From an uncultured Actinomycetes bacterium (GTDB taxonomy: Bacteria; Actinomycetota; Thermoleophilia; Gaiellales; JAICJC01): a stretch of DNA of 64,000 nt. The notes beneath the pieces were generated by a model. It worked only from the letters and a program-made list of their open reading frames with translations. It searched no databases and had not been told where the DNA came from. The position numbers were made by a program, and so were the translations under genes. Position 1 is the first letter of the stretch; the number at the start of each line of letters is the position of its first letter. Location: the NCBI GenBank assembly GCA_963805545.1, contig CAWDUU010000002.1, forward strand, positions 1,859 through 65,858. The letters are read 5' to 3'. Shown one piece after another: positions 29,088 through 38,416 of the stretch.

Positions 29088-29492
29088 CTAAACGGCGCCG
29101 ACTTCGGCCGTGCAGTAGGCGCAGCGGCGGGCGGCGAGCGGGATCTCGCTCAGGCACTCCGGGCACGGCCGCACGGTGGGCGGCGTGTCCTCGTCGCGGC
29201 GGCGCGCGGCCATCGCGTTCACGGGCTTCACGACGAAGAAGAAGATCGCGGCGGCGACCAGCACGAAGCTGATGACGGCGTTGATGAACGCCCCGTACAG
29301 GAACTGGCTCGAGTTGATCTCGAACTTGAGCGCGGAGAAGTCCTGCTCCCCGCCGATCGCCGCGATGAGCGGCGTGATCAGGTCGGCCACGAACGCCGTT
29401 ATCACGGCCCCGAACGCGGTGCCGATGACGACGGCGACCGCCAGGTCGACGACGTTGCCGCGAAGCAGGAACGCCTTGAACTCTTTCAGCAT
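29088..29492 (-). CDS. mscL: Large-conductance mechanosensitive channel MscL with C-terminal zinc-ribbon tail
   Basis: MLKEFKAFLLRGNVVDLAVAVVIGTAFGAVI... is the canonical MscL N-terminus. The tail is CPECLSEIPLAARRCAYC. Confidence 0.9.
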   Translation of the reverse strand: MLKEFKAFLLRGNVVDLAVAVVIGTAFGAVITAFVADLITPLIAAIGGEQDFSALKFEINSSQFLYGAFINAVISFVLVAAAIFFFVVKPVNAMAARRRDEDTPPTVRPCPECLSEIPLAARRCAYCTAEVGAV

Positions 29493-30097
29493 CGAGAGCT
29501 CTCCTCGGTCGGTGGGTGCTGGACCGTAGCGCGAAGCGACGCGGTGCGGAGCCCCGTGAGCTGTGCGCGCAGCACCTCGTGGAGCTCGCCGGGGAGCGCG
29601 GCCTCGTCTGCGAGGGTCGCCCTGAGCCCGGCCGCCGCGGCCAGCGCCGTGCGCATGAGCCGGGCGCCGCCACCCGCGCCGGAATAGGGCAGCGCCCGCT
29701 CGAGCGCCCGGGCGGCGGGCGCGTCGTCGAGGACGTCGGCGGGCGCAAGCCCGCGGGCGGCGAGCACCAGCAGGTCGCGCCGGCCCGCGAGCGACTCGAC
29801 CAGGAGGCGGGCGGCGGCGTCGGGGGCCGGGGGGCCGGGCAGGCGGCCCAGCCGGCGCTCCAGGTCGTCGCTCCAGCGGGCCAGGTGGGCCTCGGCGAGG
29901 GCGCGGCCGAGGTCCTCCTTGGTCGGGAAGTAGCGGAAGATGGTGCCCTTGGCGAGGCCGGCCCGCTCGGCGACGCCCGCGACGGCGAGCTCGTCGTAGC
30001 CCGATCCCGCGCACAGGGCGGCGGCGCAGTCGAGGATGTGGCGGCGGCGGCCGGCCTTGGCCTGGGCGGTTCGGGCACGTAGCTGACCCACGGTCAT
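29486..30097 (-). CDS. TetR-family regulator, overlapping the mscL start
   Basis: ATG 30097. HTH SGYDELAVAGVAERAGLAKGTIFRYFPTKEDL. Its stop at 29486-29488 overlaps mscL ATG 29492 by 7 nt. Confidence 0.8.
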   Translation of the reverse strand: MTVGQLRARTAQAKAGRRRHILDCAAALCAGSGYDELAVAGVAERAGLAKGTIFRYFPTKEDLGRALAEAHLARWSDDLERRLGRLPGPPAPDAAARLLVESLAGRRDLLVLAARGLAPADVLDDAPAARALERALPYSGAGGGARLMRTALAAAAGLRATLADEAALPGELHEVLRAQLTGLRTASLRATVQHPPTEESSRC

Positions 30098-30160
30098 TAA
30101 CATAGATGACCGGCAGGACGACAAGCGGGCAAACCGCCTTCCCGCCTATCATCCGGGCCC

Positions 30161-30730
30161 GTGACCGTCGCGCCCGAAGCTTCCCGCCAGCACCGGCTCT
30201 GGCTGGCCGCGGCCCTCGTCGCCTTCGCGCTCGTCTCGCTGACCGTCGGCGTGGTCGCAAAGCACAACACGCTCGCCCCCGGCCTCTACCCGCCGAGCTA
30301 CCTGAAGCTCTTCTTCTCGGACCCGATTCACCTCAAGGTGTGGCTGGCCACGGCCGCGATGGTGCCGGCGCTCTTCCAGGTGCTCACGGCCGCCCACATC
30401 TACGCGCGCCTGCGCCTGCCGATCGGCGCCGCGGCCGCGACGGTGCACCGCTGGTCGGGGCGGCTCGCGATCCTCCTCACCCTGCCCGTCGCCTACCACT
30501 GCATCTTCCTGCTCGGCTACGGCGACTACTCGACCCGCGTCCAGGTGCACTCGCTCCTGGGATCGGTCGTCTACGGGGCGGTCATCGCCAAGGTGCTGAT
30601 CGTGCGCGGCGGCTCCCGGTTCCCGGTCTGGGCGCTGCCGCTGGCGGGCGGGACGCTCTTTGCGATCCTGCTCGGGCTGTGGCTCACGTCCAGCCTCTGG
30701 TTCTTCCAGAACGTCGGGGTGGGCGTGTGA
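30161..30730 (+). CDS. Integral membrane protein (DUF6529-like, 5-6 helices)
   Basis: GTG 30161. Hydrophobic helices with conserved-looking His residues (AAHIYARL, VHRWSGRL, VAYHCIF). Confidence 0.5.
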   Translation: MTVAPEASRQHRLWLAAALVAFALVSLTVGVVAKHNTLAPGLYPPSYLKLFFSDPIHLKVWLATAAMVPALFQVLTAAHIYARLRLPIGAAAATVHRWSGRLAILLTLPVAYHCIFLLGYGDYSTRVQVHSLLGSVVYGAVIAKVLIVRGGSRFPVWALPLAGGTLFAILLGLWLTSSLWFFQNVGVGV

Positions 30731-31281
30731 GCCGGCTCGCCGAGGCGCTGGCGTGGGCGATCGACGCCCACGGCGGGCAGCGCAAGAAGGGGACCGAGAT
30801 CCCCTATCACGCGCACCTCCTCGGCGTGGCGTCGCTCGTCCTGAACGACGGCGGCGACGAGGACGAGGCGGTCGCCGCCGTGCTCCACGACCTGGTCGAG
30901 GACACCGACGCGACGGTCGGGGACGTGCGCGACCGGTTCGGGGAGCGGGTGGCGCGGATCGTGGACGCCTGCACGGACGCGTACGAGCGGCCCAAGCCGG
31001 AGTGGTGGGGGCGAAAGCGCGCGTACATCGAGCACCTGCGCACGGCGCAGCCCGACGAGCTCCGCGTCTCGCTGGCCGACAAGCTGTACAACGCGCGCAT
31101 GATCCGCGACGACCTGCGGCTGCGCGGCGACGATCTGTGGCGGGTGTTCGGCGCCGGCCGGGACGGGCAGATGTGGTACTACCGGTCGCTGGCCGACGTC
31201 TTCCTGGCGCGCGAGGCGGGGCCGATGGCCGTCGAGCTCGACCGGATCGTCCGAGAGATCGAGCGGGAGACGGCGGCGTGA
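30727..31281 (+). CDS. HD-domain protein, RelA/SpoT-type (p)ppGpp-hydrolase-like
   Basis: GTG 30727 (GTGTGA overlap). AHGGQRKKGTEIPYHAHLLGVA...VLHDLVEDT gives the HD signature. Confidence 0.65.
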   Translation: MSRLAEALAWAIDAHGGQRKKGTEIPYHAHLLGVASLVLNDGGDEDEAVAAVLHDLVEDTDATVGDVRDRFGERVARIVDACTDAYERPKPEWWGRKRAYIEHLRTAQPDELRVSLADKLYNARMIRDDLRLRGDDLWRVFGAGRDGQMWYYRSLADVFLAREAGPMAVELDRIVREIERETAA

Positions 31282-32003
31282 GCCTCGTCCTGGTCGAGGA
31301 GCACGGGCCGGTGGCGCTGCTTCGCCTCAACCGGCCCGAGAAGCTGAACGCGCTCTCGACGGCGCTCGAGCGGGAGCTCGACGCGGCGGTGGCGGACGAG
31401 CGCGTGCGGGCGGCGGGGGCGGTCGTCATCGCCGGAAGCGGGCGGGCGTTCTCGGCCGGGGCCGACCTGGGCGAGGTCGCCGAGGCGGGCGCCGCCGGGG
31501 CGCTCGCCTACTACCGCGAGACCGGCCGCGTCTACGAGCGGATCGCGGCGCTGCCACAGCCGACGATCGCGGCGATCCGCGGGTGGTGCCTGGGCGGCGG
31601 GTTCGAGCTCGCGCTGGCGTGCGACTTCCGGATCGCCGACCGGGCGGCGACGTTCGGGCTGCCCGAGGTCGAGATCGGCATCCTTCCCAGCTCGGGCGGC
31701 ACGATGCGGCTGGTCAAGGCGATCGGTGCCGCTCGGGCCAAGGAGCTGATCCTGCTGCGGCGGCGGCTGCCGGCGGCCGGCCTGGCCGAGATGGGGCTCG
31801 TGAGCGAGGTGGTGGACGGCGACCCCGAGCCGCGCGCGCTCGCCGTGGCGGCCGAGCTGGCGGCGCTCCCCCGGCTCGCGGTCGAGCTCGCCAAGAAGGC
31901 GGCCGACGCGGCGGCCGACGCCTCGCGTGAGGCGGGCATCCTGATCGAGCAGCTGGCGTATGCCGCCCTGGCCGAGGCGGGCGGCACCCGGCCCGCCGAG
32001 TAG
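31278..32003 (+). CDS. Enoyl-CoA hydratase/isomerase (crotonase) family
   Basis: GTG 31278 (GTGA overlap). LNRPEKLNAL, FSAGADL, GGGFELALACD. Confidence 0.85.
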   Translation: MSLVLVEEHGPVALLRLNRPEKLNALSTALERELDAAVADERVRAAGAVVIAGSGRAFSAGADLGEVAEAGAAGALAYYRETGRVYERIAALPQPTIAAIRGWCLGGGFELALACDFRIADRAATFGLPEVEIGILPSSGGTMRLVKAIGAARAKELILLRRRLPAAGLAEMGLVSEVVDGDPEPRALAVAAELAALPRLAVELAKKAADAAADASREAGILIEQLAYAALAEAGGTRPAE

Positions 32004-32007
32004 CCGC

Positions 32008-32040
32008 GCGCAACATTCGGGTCTGACCCCGTTGTTGCGT
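32008..32040. repeat. Nested palindromic element, short form (GCGCAACATTCGGGTCTGACCCCGTTGTTGCGT)
   Basis: Outer arms CGCAACA/TGTTGCG, inner arms GGGTC/GACCC. Shares its flanks with the longer element at 58735-58787. Confidence 0.5.
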
Positions 32041-32079
32041 GGCGTAACGGAAGACCGCTCGGGGCATACAGTGGCGGAC

Positions 32080-33402
32080 ATGCCAGGCGACGTCCTCATC
32101 CTCGGCGGCGGCTCGACAGGCGAGGCGTTCGCGGGCGCGCTTCGCGGGTTCGAGCCCGACACGAAGATCACGCTCGTCGAGAAGGGGCTCGTCGGCGGCG
32201 AGTGCTCCTACTACGCCTGCATGCCGTCGAAGGCGCTCCTGCGCCCGGCCGAGGCGCTGGCCGCCGCGCGGCTCGCCCCGGGCGCCGCCGAGGCGGTCAC
32301 CGGCGATCTCGACGTCGCGCGCGTCCTCTGGCACCGCGACCAGGTGACCGGGGACTGGGACGACTCCTCGCAGGAGGAGTGGCTGGCCGGCCGCGACATC
32401 GAGCTCGTCCGCGGCGAGGCGGCCGTGCGCGAGCCGGGCGTCGTCGAGGCCGGGGGCCGCGAGCTGCGCTACGCACGGCTCATGATCGCCACCGGCTCGG
32501 TGCCGTCGATCCCGCCCATCGACGGCCTGGACGGCGTCGACTACTGGACGAACCGCGAGGCCACCAGCGTGCGTGAGATCCCGGCGAGCGTCGTCGTGCT
32601 CGGCGCCGGCCCGGTGGGCTGCGAGCTGGCCCAGTTCTTCAACCGCATGGGGGCGACGGTCGCGCTGGCCGACATCGCCGACCGCCTGCTCCCCCGCGAC
32701 CATCCCGACGCCGGCGCGCTCCTCCACGACGTCCTGCGCGACGAGGGCGTCGACATCCACCTCGGCCGCAAGATCGAGCGGGTCGCGCCCGGGATCGAGG
32801 TGCACGTCGAGGGCGGGACGGTTATCCAGGGCGAGCGGCTGATCGTCGCCACCGGCCGGCGGGCGGCGGTCGAGGGCTTCGGCTTCGAGAGGCTGGGCGT
32901 CGAGATCGGAAAGCGCGGCATCGAGGTCGACGAGCGCATGCGCGCCGGCGAGGGGATCTGGGCGGCGGGCGACGTGACCGGGATTGCGATGTTCACGCAC
33001 GCCGGCAAGTACCAGGCCCGGGTGGCCGCGGCCGACGCGGCCGGGAGGCCGGCGAAGGCCGACCACCGCGCCGTCCCGGCCGTGACCTTCACCGACCCCC
33101 AGGTCGCGTCGGTCGGCCGGACGGCCGGCGACGGCCTCGTGATGGGCGAGCATGGGAGCACGGCCCGGCTCTCGACCTACGAGCGCCCCAAGCGGCCCGG
33201 CTTCCTCAAGGTGTTCGCCGACCGCGAGCGGCGCGTGCTCGTCGGCGCCTGCGCGGTCGGCCCCGAGGCGGGCGAGTGGCTCGGCCAATTGACGCTCGCG
33301 ATCAGGGCCGAGATCCCGGTCGACGTCCTGCTCGACACGATCCAGCCGTATCCGACGTTCTCGGAGGCGGTCTTCTTCGCCGTCCGCGACCTCGACCTGT
33401 AG
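32080..33402 (+). CDS. FAD-dependent pyridine nucleotide-disulfide oxidoreductase (lipoamide dehydrogenase/mercuric reductase-like)
   Basis: ATG 32080. LGGGSTGEAFA, redox pair GGECSYYACMPSK, VVLGAGPVGCELA, and a C-terminal dimerisation domain. Confidence 0.85.
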   Translation: MPGDVLILGGGSTGEAFAGALRGFEPDTKITLVEKGLVGGECSYYACMPSKALLRPAEALAAARLAPGAAEAVTGDLDVARVLWHRDQVTGDWDDSSQEEWLAGRDIELVRGEAAVREPGVVEAGGRELRYARLMIATGSVPSIPPIDGLDGVDYWTNREATSVREIPASVVVLGAGPVGCELAQFFNRMGATVALADIADRLLPRDHPDAGALLHDVLRDEGVDIHLGRKIERVAPGIEVHVEGGTVIQGERLIVATGRRAAVEGFGFERLGVEIGKRGIEVDERMRAGEGIWAAGDVTGIAMFTHAGKYQARVAAADAAGRPAKADHRAVPAVTFTDPQVASVGRTAGDGLVMGEHGSTARLSTYERPKRPGFLKVFADRERRVLVGACAVGPEAGEWLGQLTLAIRAEIPVDVLLDTIQPYPTFSEAVFFAVRDLDL

Positions 33403-33405
33403 CGG

Positions 33406-34270
33406 TCAGCCGACGCCGATCCGAAACGCCGCCGTGTAGGCGTCGCCGGGCTTGACGCGGGTGAGCGAGTCGCCCGACGTGATCGCATTGGTCGGTGCGG
33501 TCATCGGCTCGTAGCAGATGAAGTCGCTCCCCTCGGGCGCGTACACCTGCGCGAAGCCGTAGCCCTCGAGGAACGTGACGGTGACGGTGCTGCCGCCGCC
33601 GCGGACGACGAACGCGGTCCCGTCGGCCACGTCGGCGAACCCGTCGTCGAAGGTGCGCTGGGCCAGCGGCCCGGGGGCGATCGCCGCCCGCACCCGCTCG
33701 CCGGTGGGGATCCGGCGCTCGTCGAGCACGAGCCGCGTCGGCACCGGCACCTCGATCTCGACGCCCGACCGCGACCCGCCGGGCAGGCGCAGGTAGGGGT
33801 GGTAGCCGAAGGCGATCGGGACCGGGCGGCGGCCGAGGGCGAGGAGCGTGGTTCGGATCTCGAGCGCGTCGTCGGTGAGCAGCGCCTGCACGCGGAGACG
33901 GTGCGGGTAGGGGAACACCTCCAGCACGCCCGGGTGGTCGTCGGTCGCGAACACGGCGTCGATGCTCGATGCGGTCTCGTGCTCGATCGCGAACGGGAGC
34001 GCCGCCGGGAGCACGCCGTGGATCGGCATGCCGTTCTGCGTCGGTGTGAAGGAGCGGCGAGGCGGCGACGGGCCCCGCCAGCCGGTTCGCCCACGGGTGG
34101 AGGAGCGGGACGCCCATCGTCGAGCCGCGCTCGGCGTACGCGTCCAGGCCGCCGCGCTGCTCGAGGAGCTCCTCGCCACCGTGGACGAGCGAGCAGCACA
34201 CCATCCCGAGCGACGGCGCGAAGTTCGCCGCCATCCCGGGAGCCGTCAGCGTGCGGATGCCGATATCCAT
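33406..34270 (-). pseudogene. Aldose 1-epimerase family gene with a single-nucleotide frameshift
   Basis: The N-terminus (MDIGIRTLTAPGMAANF...GVPLLHPWANRLAGPVAASPLLHTD) is in the frame of ORF 33302..34270. The rest (QNGMPIHGVLPAALPF...YEPMTAPTNA) is in the frame of ORF 33406..34179. One extra base near 34039 separates GAC (D) from CAG (Q). Confidence 0.7.
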
Positions 34271-34710
34271 CAGCCGGGCAGCTGCACCAGCTCGACGGTC
34301 ACGCCGTCGGGGTCGACGGTGTAGACGACCCGGCTCCCGTCCCAGCGCGGCCCCGAGTCGGCGAGCGTGATCGGCCTCGATCGCAGCGTCACCCCGGCCC
34401 GCTCCAGCCGCTCGTAGGTCACGTCGATGTCGTCCACCGAGATGGCGAGATGGCAGGCGCCGGGGTCGCTCGTCCGCTGGGTCAGCGGCCGCCCGCCGCC
34501 GGCGGTGTACTGGATCAGCTCGAGCACGCGGCCGTCGGGCAGGTCGAGGTCGGCGATCGAGCAGCGTGCGCCGGGGATGCCCGTCACCTCCTCGGCGGGC
34601 ACGTCGACGGCGCGGGCCTCGATGTGGAGGCCGAGCAGGCCGCGGTAGAAGGCGAGCGAGCGGTCGAGATCCGAGACGGTGATGCCGACGTGGTGAAGGC
34701 CGCCGATCAC
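34270..34710 (-). CDS. VOC/glyoxalase-family protein
   Basis: GTG 34710 (GTGA overlap with the upstream stop). GGLHHVGITVSDLDRSLAFYRGLLGL. TGATG overlap with the epimerase start. Confidence 0.8.
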   Translation of the reverse strand: MIGGLHHVGITVSDLDRSLAFYRGLLGLHIEARAVDVPAEEVTGIPGARCSIADLDLPDGRVLELIQYTAGGGRPLTQRTSDPGACHLAISVDDIDVTYERLERAGVTLRSRPITLADSGPRWDGSRVVYTVDPDGVTVELVQLPG

Positions 34711-36068
34711 CGCAGCCGCTCCGGGACGACGTCGCGCGCGAACACGTCCTCGACGGTTTCGGGCCGCTTGATCCACTCGGCGTCCGCGCCCGACACCAGC
34801 ACGGTGCCGGGCCGGGGAAGGCCGTTGAAGTTCGACGCGCATGCGTCCTGGTATGCCCCGTTGTCCAGGAAGGCGATCACATCGCCGGGCTCGAGGGCGG
34901 GCAGGCGGGCGTCGGGCACGAGCAGGTCGAAGCCGCACGACATGCCGACGACGTCGGCGGTCTGGGCGTCCGGTGCGCCGGCCCGCGAGGCGGCGACGAC
35001 CTGGAACCGCGCGTGCTCGATCAGGAGGTCGGCCATGAACATCTCGGTCGTGTCGGTCTCGACCCAGCGCATCGGGACCGGCGCCGCCTGCTCCTTGAGG
35101 TGGCGGACGGTCGCGAGCTGGATGCCGGTGTCGGCGTAAAGGGAGCGGCCCGGCTCGGCCTCAAGGCGGATGCCGGCAGCGTCGATGCCGGCGGCGCGCA
35201 GGCCGTCGCGAAGGCCGGAGGTGAGCGCGGCGGCGATGTCCTCGATCGGGGGCGCCGGCTCGGCGCGGATCGGATCGCGCGGCGCCGGGTAGCCGCCGCC
35301 GACGTCGAGCTCCGCCGGGCGCCAGCCCTCGAGCTCCGCGCAGACACGCGCGACCGCGGCGGCGAAGCTCCCGGCCATCCCCCGCCACACCTCCGGGGCG
35401 GCGCTGTGGCGGCCCAGGTGGGCCATGAGCCCGACCAGCTCGATGCCGGGAGTCGCCAGCGCGCGCCGGGCCACGGCGCCGGCCTGCTCCAGCGGGATGC
35501 CCGGCTTGTAGCGGTGGGCGCCGGCGCGGACGGTGACCGACGGGTCGAAGTCGGACGGCATGTCGAGCCCGTCGTAGTCGGGCCGGAGCCGCAGGCGAAT
35601 GCGGGCTGTACGGCGGGTCGCCTGGGCCGCGGCGGCGACCAGGTCGAGCTCGGCGGCGCTGTCGAGGGTGAGCCGCGCGCCGGCCTCGACCGCGCCCGTC
35701 ACGAGCGCGGCGTCCTTCACCGAGCCGTTCACCGAGATGAGCGCGGGGTCGATCCCCGACGCGAGCGCCGCGTGCAGCTCGCCCGGCCCGAACGTGTCGC
35801 AGCCGAGGCCCTCGGAGTTCAGGATGCGGCGAAGCGCGAGCGAGAGGTTGGCCTTGAGCGACGGCAGGAGCGCGACCTCGCCCTCCGGCCAATTGGCCGC
35901 GAACGCCGCGCCGATCCGGCGCGCGCTCCGGCGCAGCTGATCCTCGGAGACGGCGTAGACGGGCGTCCCGAACCGCCGCGCCAGCTCGACCGTGTCGCAC
36001 TCCTCCATCCAGAGGCGGCCGTCGCGGATCGAGAGGCAGTCGTCGAGACGGGTCGCGGAGGCGGGCAT
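34707..36068 (-). CDS. Type III PLP-dependent decarboxylase (Orn/DAP/Arg decarboxylase family, LysA-like)
   Basis: FGTPVYAVSEDQL, PLP-Lys context LPSLKANL, DVGGGYP, EPGRSL, and MSCGFDLL near the C-terminus. Confidence 0.8.
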   Translation of the reverse strand: MPASATRLDDCLSIRDGRLWMEECDTVELARRFGTPVYAVSEDQLRRSARRIGAAFAANWPEGEVALLPSLKANLSLALRRILNSEGLGCDTFGPGELHAALASGIDPALISVNGSVKDAALVTGAVEAGARLTLDSAAELDLVAAAAQATRRTARIRLRLRPDYDGLDMPSDFDPSVTVRAGAHRYKPGIPLEQAGAVARRALATPGIELVGLMAHLGRHSAAPEVWRGMAGSFAAAVARVCAELEGWRPAELDVGGGYPAPRDPIRAEPAPPIEDIAAALTSGLRDGLRAAGIDAAGIRLEAEPGRSLYADTGIQLATVRHLKEQAAPVPMRWVETDTTEMFMADLLIEHARFQVVAASRAGAPDAQTADVVGMSCGFDLLVPDARLPALEPGDVIAFLDNGAYQDACASNFNGLPRPGTVLVSGADAEWIKRPETVEDVFARDVVPERLR

Positions 36069-36112
36069 CGCCGGCCAGTCTACGGGACCGCGGGAGGGGT
36101 GGCGCGACTGGG

Positions 36113-36673
36113 TCAGCCGGTTGCGGCGAGGGCGGGGTCGGCCGGGCTGAGCCGGCCGTCGGAGCTCAAGACCGCGATCAGGCTGATGCGATCGACGCGC
36201 CCGTTCCGGGCACGGAAGGTCATCGCCGGGCCGGCGTGCGGGGACGTGCCGACGTCGCAGACCCGCACCGCGAACTGGTCGCGACAGGTGAGCGGTACGA
36301 CGCCCGCCAGGCGGTCGATCTGCGAGCCGATCCCCATCCCGGATCGGGTGTGGTAGCGGGGCGCCCGTGTGACGGCCCAGACGGCGATCGGATGGAGCGC
36401 GGACTTGGAGAAGCCGATCTCGAGCCCGGCCCTCGGGTACAGGATCCTCGCCGACAGGAAGCTTGCATCCTTGCCGAGCGCCTCGGGTGTACCGCGGCCG
36501 AGCAGGGCTTCGACCTCGGCCCGCGACTCCCCGATGGTGACTGGCCCGATGGACGCGCCGGGCCGGATCAGCGTCGGGATCGGAGTGCTCTTGGGCTCCG
36601 GCGACCCTCCGCCGAAACAGGCGCTGGTGGTAACAGCGATCGCAACCAGGATCCCGATCTGCCCGCTCCGCAC
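36113..36673 (-). CDS. Hypothetical lipoprotein
   Basis: GTG 36673 after GAGGAGG. Signal peptide plus lipobox (VAIAVTTSAC). No family recognised. Confidence 0.5.
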   Translation of the reverse strand: MRSGQIGILVAIAVTTSACFGGGSPEPKSTPIPTLIRPGASIGPVTIGESRAEVEALLGRGTPEALGKDASFLSARILYPRAGLEIGFSKSALHPIAVWAVTRAPRYHTRSGMGIGSQIDRLAGVVPLTCRDQFAVRVCDVGTSPHAGPAMTFRARNGRVDRISLIAVLSSDGRLSPADPALAATG

Positions 36674-36760
36674 CCCAGCCTCCTCGAAGTGCTTGTGCCT
36701 ATTGTAACCCGACCGAGGCCCCTGTTTCAAGAGTGACGGCACCCGCTGGATAGGGTGAAT

Positions 36761-38407
36761 TCACGGCGAGAGCCACATCTCCGGAATGAGCTCGAAGTAC
36801 GACCCCGTGAACACCAGTCCGTGCAGCCGGGCCGACACGAACTTGGGCTCCTGGAGGTGCAGGATCGGCGCCCAGCCGGCGTCCTTCTCCATGAACGTGT
36901 TGTCGATCTTGGCCCAGGCGGCGTTCCGCTGCGCTCCGAGCGGGAGCTGCTTGGTCTGGTCGATCATCTGGTTGATCTCAGGGTTGTCGGTGTTGGACAC
37001 GTCGTTGTTCCCGACGTTCACGATGTGCTCGCCGTTCAGGAGCGTGTCGATGAAGTCCTCGCCCTCGGGGTAGTCCTGGTCGAAGTGGTTGAACGCGATC
37101 TGGGGATCGCCCTTCTGCGTCAGCAGGGTGTCCCAGTAGACCGAGTCGTCGACCGCCTTCACGCCGGTCACGTCGAGGCCGATCGCCTGGAGCTGCGCCG
37201 CGAGGTACTGGGCCGCCTTCGGAGCCGGGTCGGCGTTCGTCGTCCACACCTCGACCTGCGCTCCCTGCGCACCGGCCTGCTGGATCAGCGCCCTGGCCTT
37301 GTTCAGGTCGTACGGGTACAGGTCCGGCTCGTGATAGGCCGTGCCGAAGAGCGGCGGCAGCACCGTCTCGGTCGGCGTCCCCTGGCCGCCGAAGATCTTG
37401 ACGAGCGCCGTGCGGTCGATCGCGTAGTTCACCGCCTGGCGCACCTGGAGCTTGTCGAACGGCGCCTTGCGCTCGTTCATCGAGAAGTACGTGACGTTGT
37501 TTCGCGGGTAGAGGTGCACCTGGTCCGGGTACTTGGCCTTGAGCTCGGTCAGCCGGTCGGGCGGCACGGCCTCCATGTACCAGTCGAGCGAGCCCGAGAT
37601 CGTCTCGTTCACCGCCTGCTCCGGGGTGACGCCGATCTGGATGTGCACCTGGTCGAGGTGGCCGTCGGGCGAGTTCGGCGACCACTGCGTGAACGCGGGA
37701 TTCCTGACGAGCAGGATCTGCTGCTTCGGCACGTACGTCTTGATCATGTACGGCCCCGTTGCGACCCGCCATGCGGGATCCGTCGAGATGTCCTTGCTCG
37801 GCATCCCGGCCGGCACCGCGAACGCGAACGGCATCGCCATGATGTCGAGGAACGCGCCGTCGGGGTGGACGAGGTGGAAGGTGATCGTCATCGCCGAGTC
37901 GTCGGCCTCGATGCCGGAGATGTGCTTGGCCTTCCCGGCCGCATAGGCGTCCGCGCCGGCGATGGACGTGTAGAAGCCGACGCCGGGCGAGCCCACGTGG
38001 AAGAGCCGCTCGACGGCGTACTGGAAGTCGGACGGCTTCACCTCGCGGTTCACCGGCGGCCCGAACATCACGCCCTTGTGGAGCGTGAACGAATACGTCC
38101 GCCCGCCGTCGGTGACCTCGGGCATCGCCGTGGCGATGTCGGGGACGACATCGGACCCGGCCGGGCCCGCGGCCTTCCGGAACGTGAGGAGCCCGTTGTT
38201 CGTCGCCTCGAGGATCTCCCAGCCCTCGACGGCGTAGGAGATGCCGGTGTCGAGGTGGTCGGGGTTGTCGGGGATGCCGCCCTCGAGCGTGCCGCCGTCG
38301 TGGCCGGCCCCGCCGCCTCCGCCGGACGACGAGGAGCCGCTCGATCCGCACCCCGCCACCAGGCCGGCCACGGCGATCGTTGCGAGTATCCGTGCGGGCA
38401 TGCGCAT
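36761..38407 (-). CDS. ABC transporter substrate-binding lipoprotein, family 5 (peptide/nickel/opine type), copy 1
   Basis: Lipobox LVAGCGS. Family-5 SBP length and blocks (TFRKAAG...VPDIA, GPYMIK, NPAFTQW). Roughly two-thirds identical by eye to copy 2. Confidence 0.9.
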   Translation of the reverse strand: MRMPARILATIAVAGLVAGCGSSGSSSSGGGGGAGHDGGTLEGGIPDNPDHLDTGISYAVEGWEILEATNNGLLTFRKAAGPAGSDVVPDIATAMPEVTDGGRTYSFTLHKGVMFGPPVNREVKPSDFQYAVERLFHVGSPGVGFYTSIAGADAYAAGKAKHISGIEADDSAMTITFHLVHPDGAFLDIMAMPFAFAVPAGMPSKDISTDPAWRVATGPYMIKTYVPKQQILLVRNPAFTQWSPNSPDGHLDQVHIQIGVTPEQAVNETISGSLDWYMEAVPPDRLTELKAKYPDQVHLYPRNNVTYFSMNERKAPFDKLQVRQAVNYAIDRTALVKIFGGQGTPTETVLPPLFGTAYHEPDLYPYDLNKARALIQQAGAQGAQVEVWTTNADPAPKAAQYLAAQLQAIGLDVTGVKAVDDSVYWDTLLTQKGDPQIAFNHFDQDYPEGEDFIDTLLNGEHIVNVGNNDVSNTDNPEINQMIDQTKQLPLGAQRNAAWAKIDNTFMEKDAGWAPILHLQEPKFVSARLHGLVFTGSYFELIPEMWLSP

Positions 38408-38416
38408 ATCGGCCTC

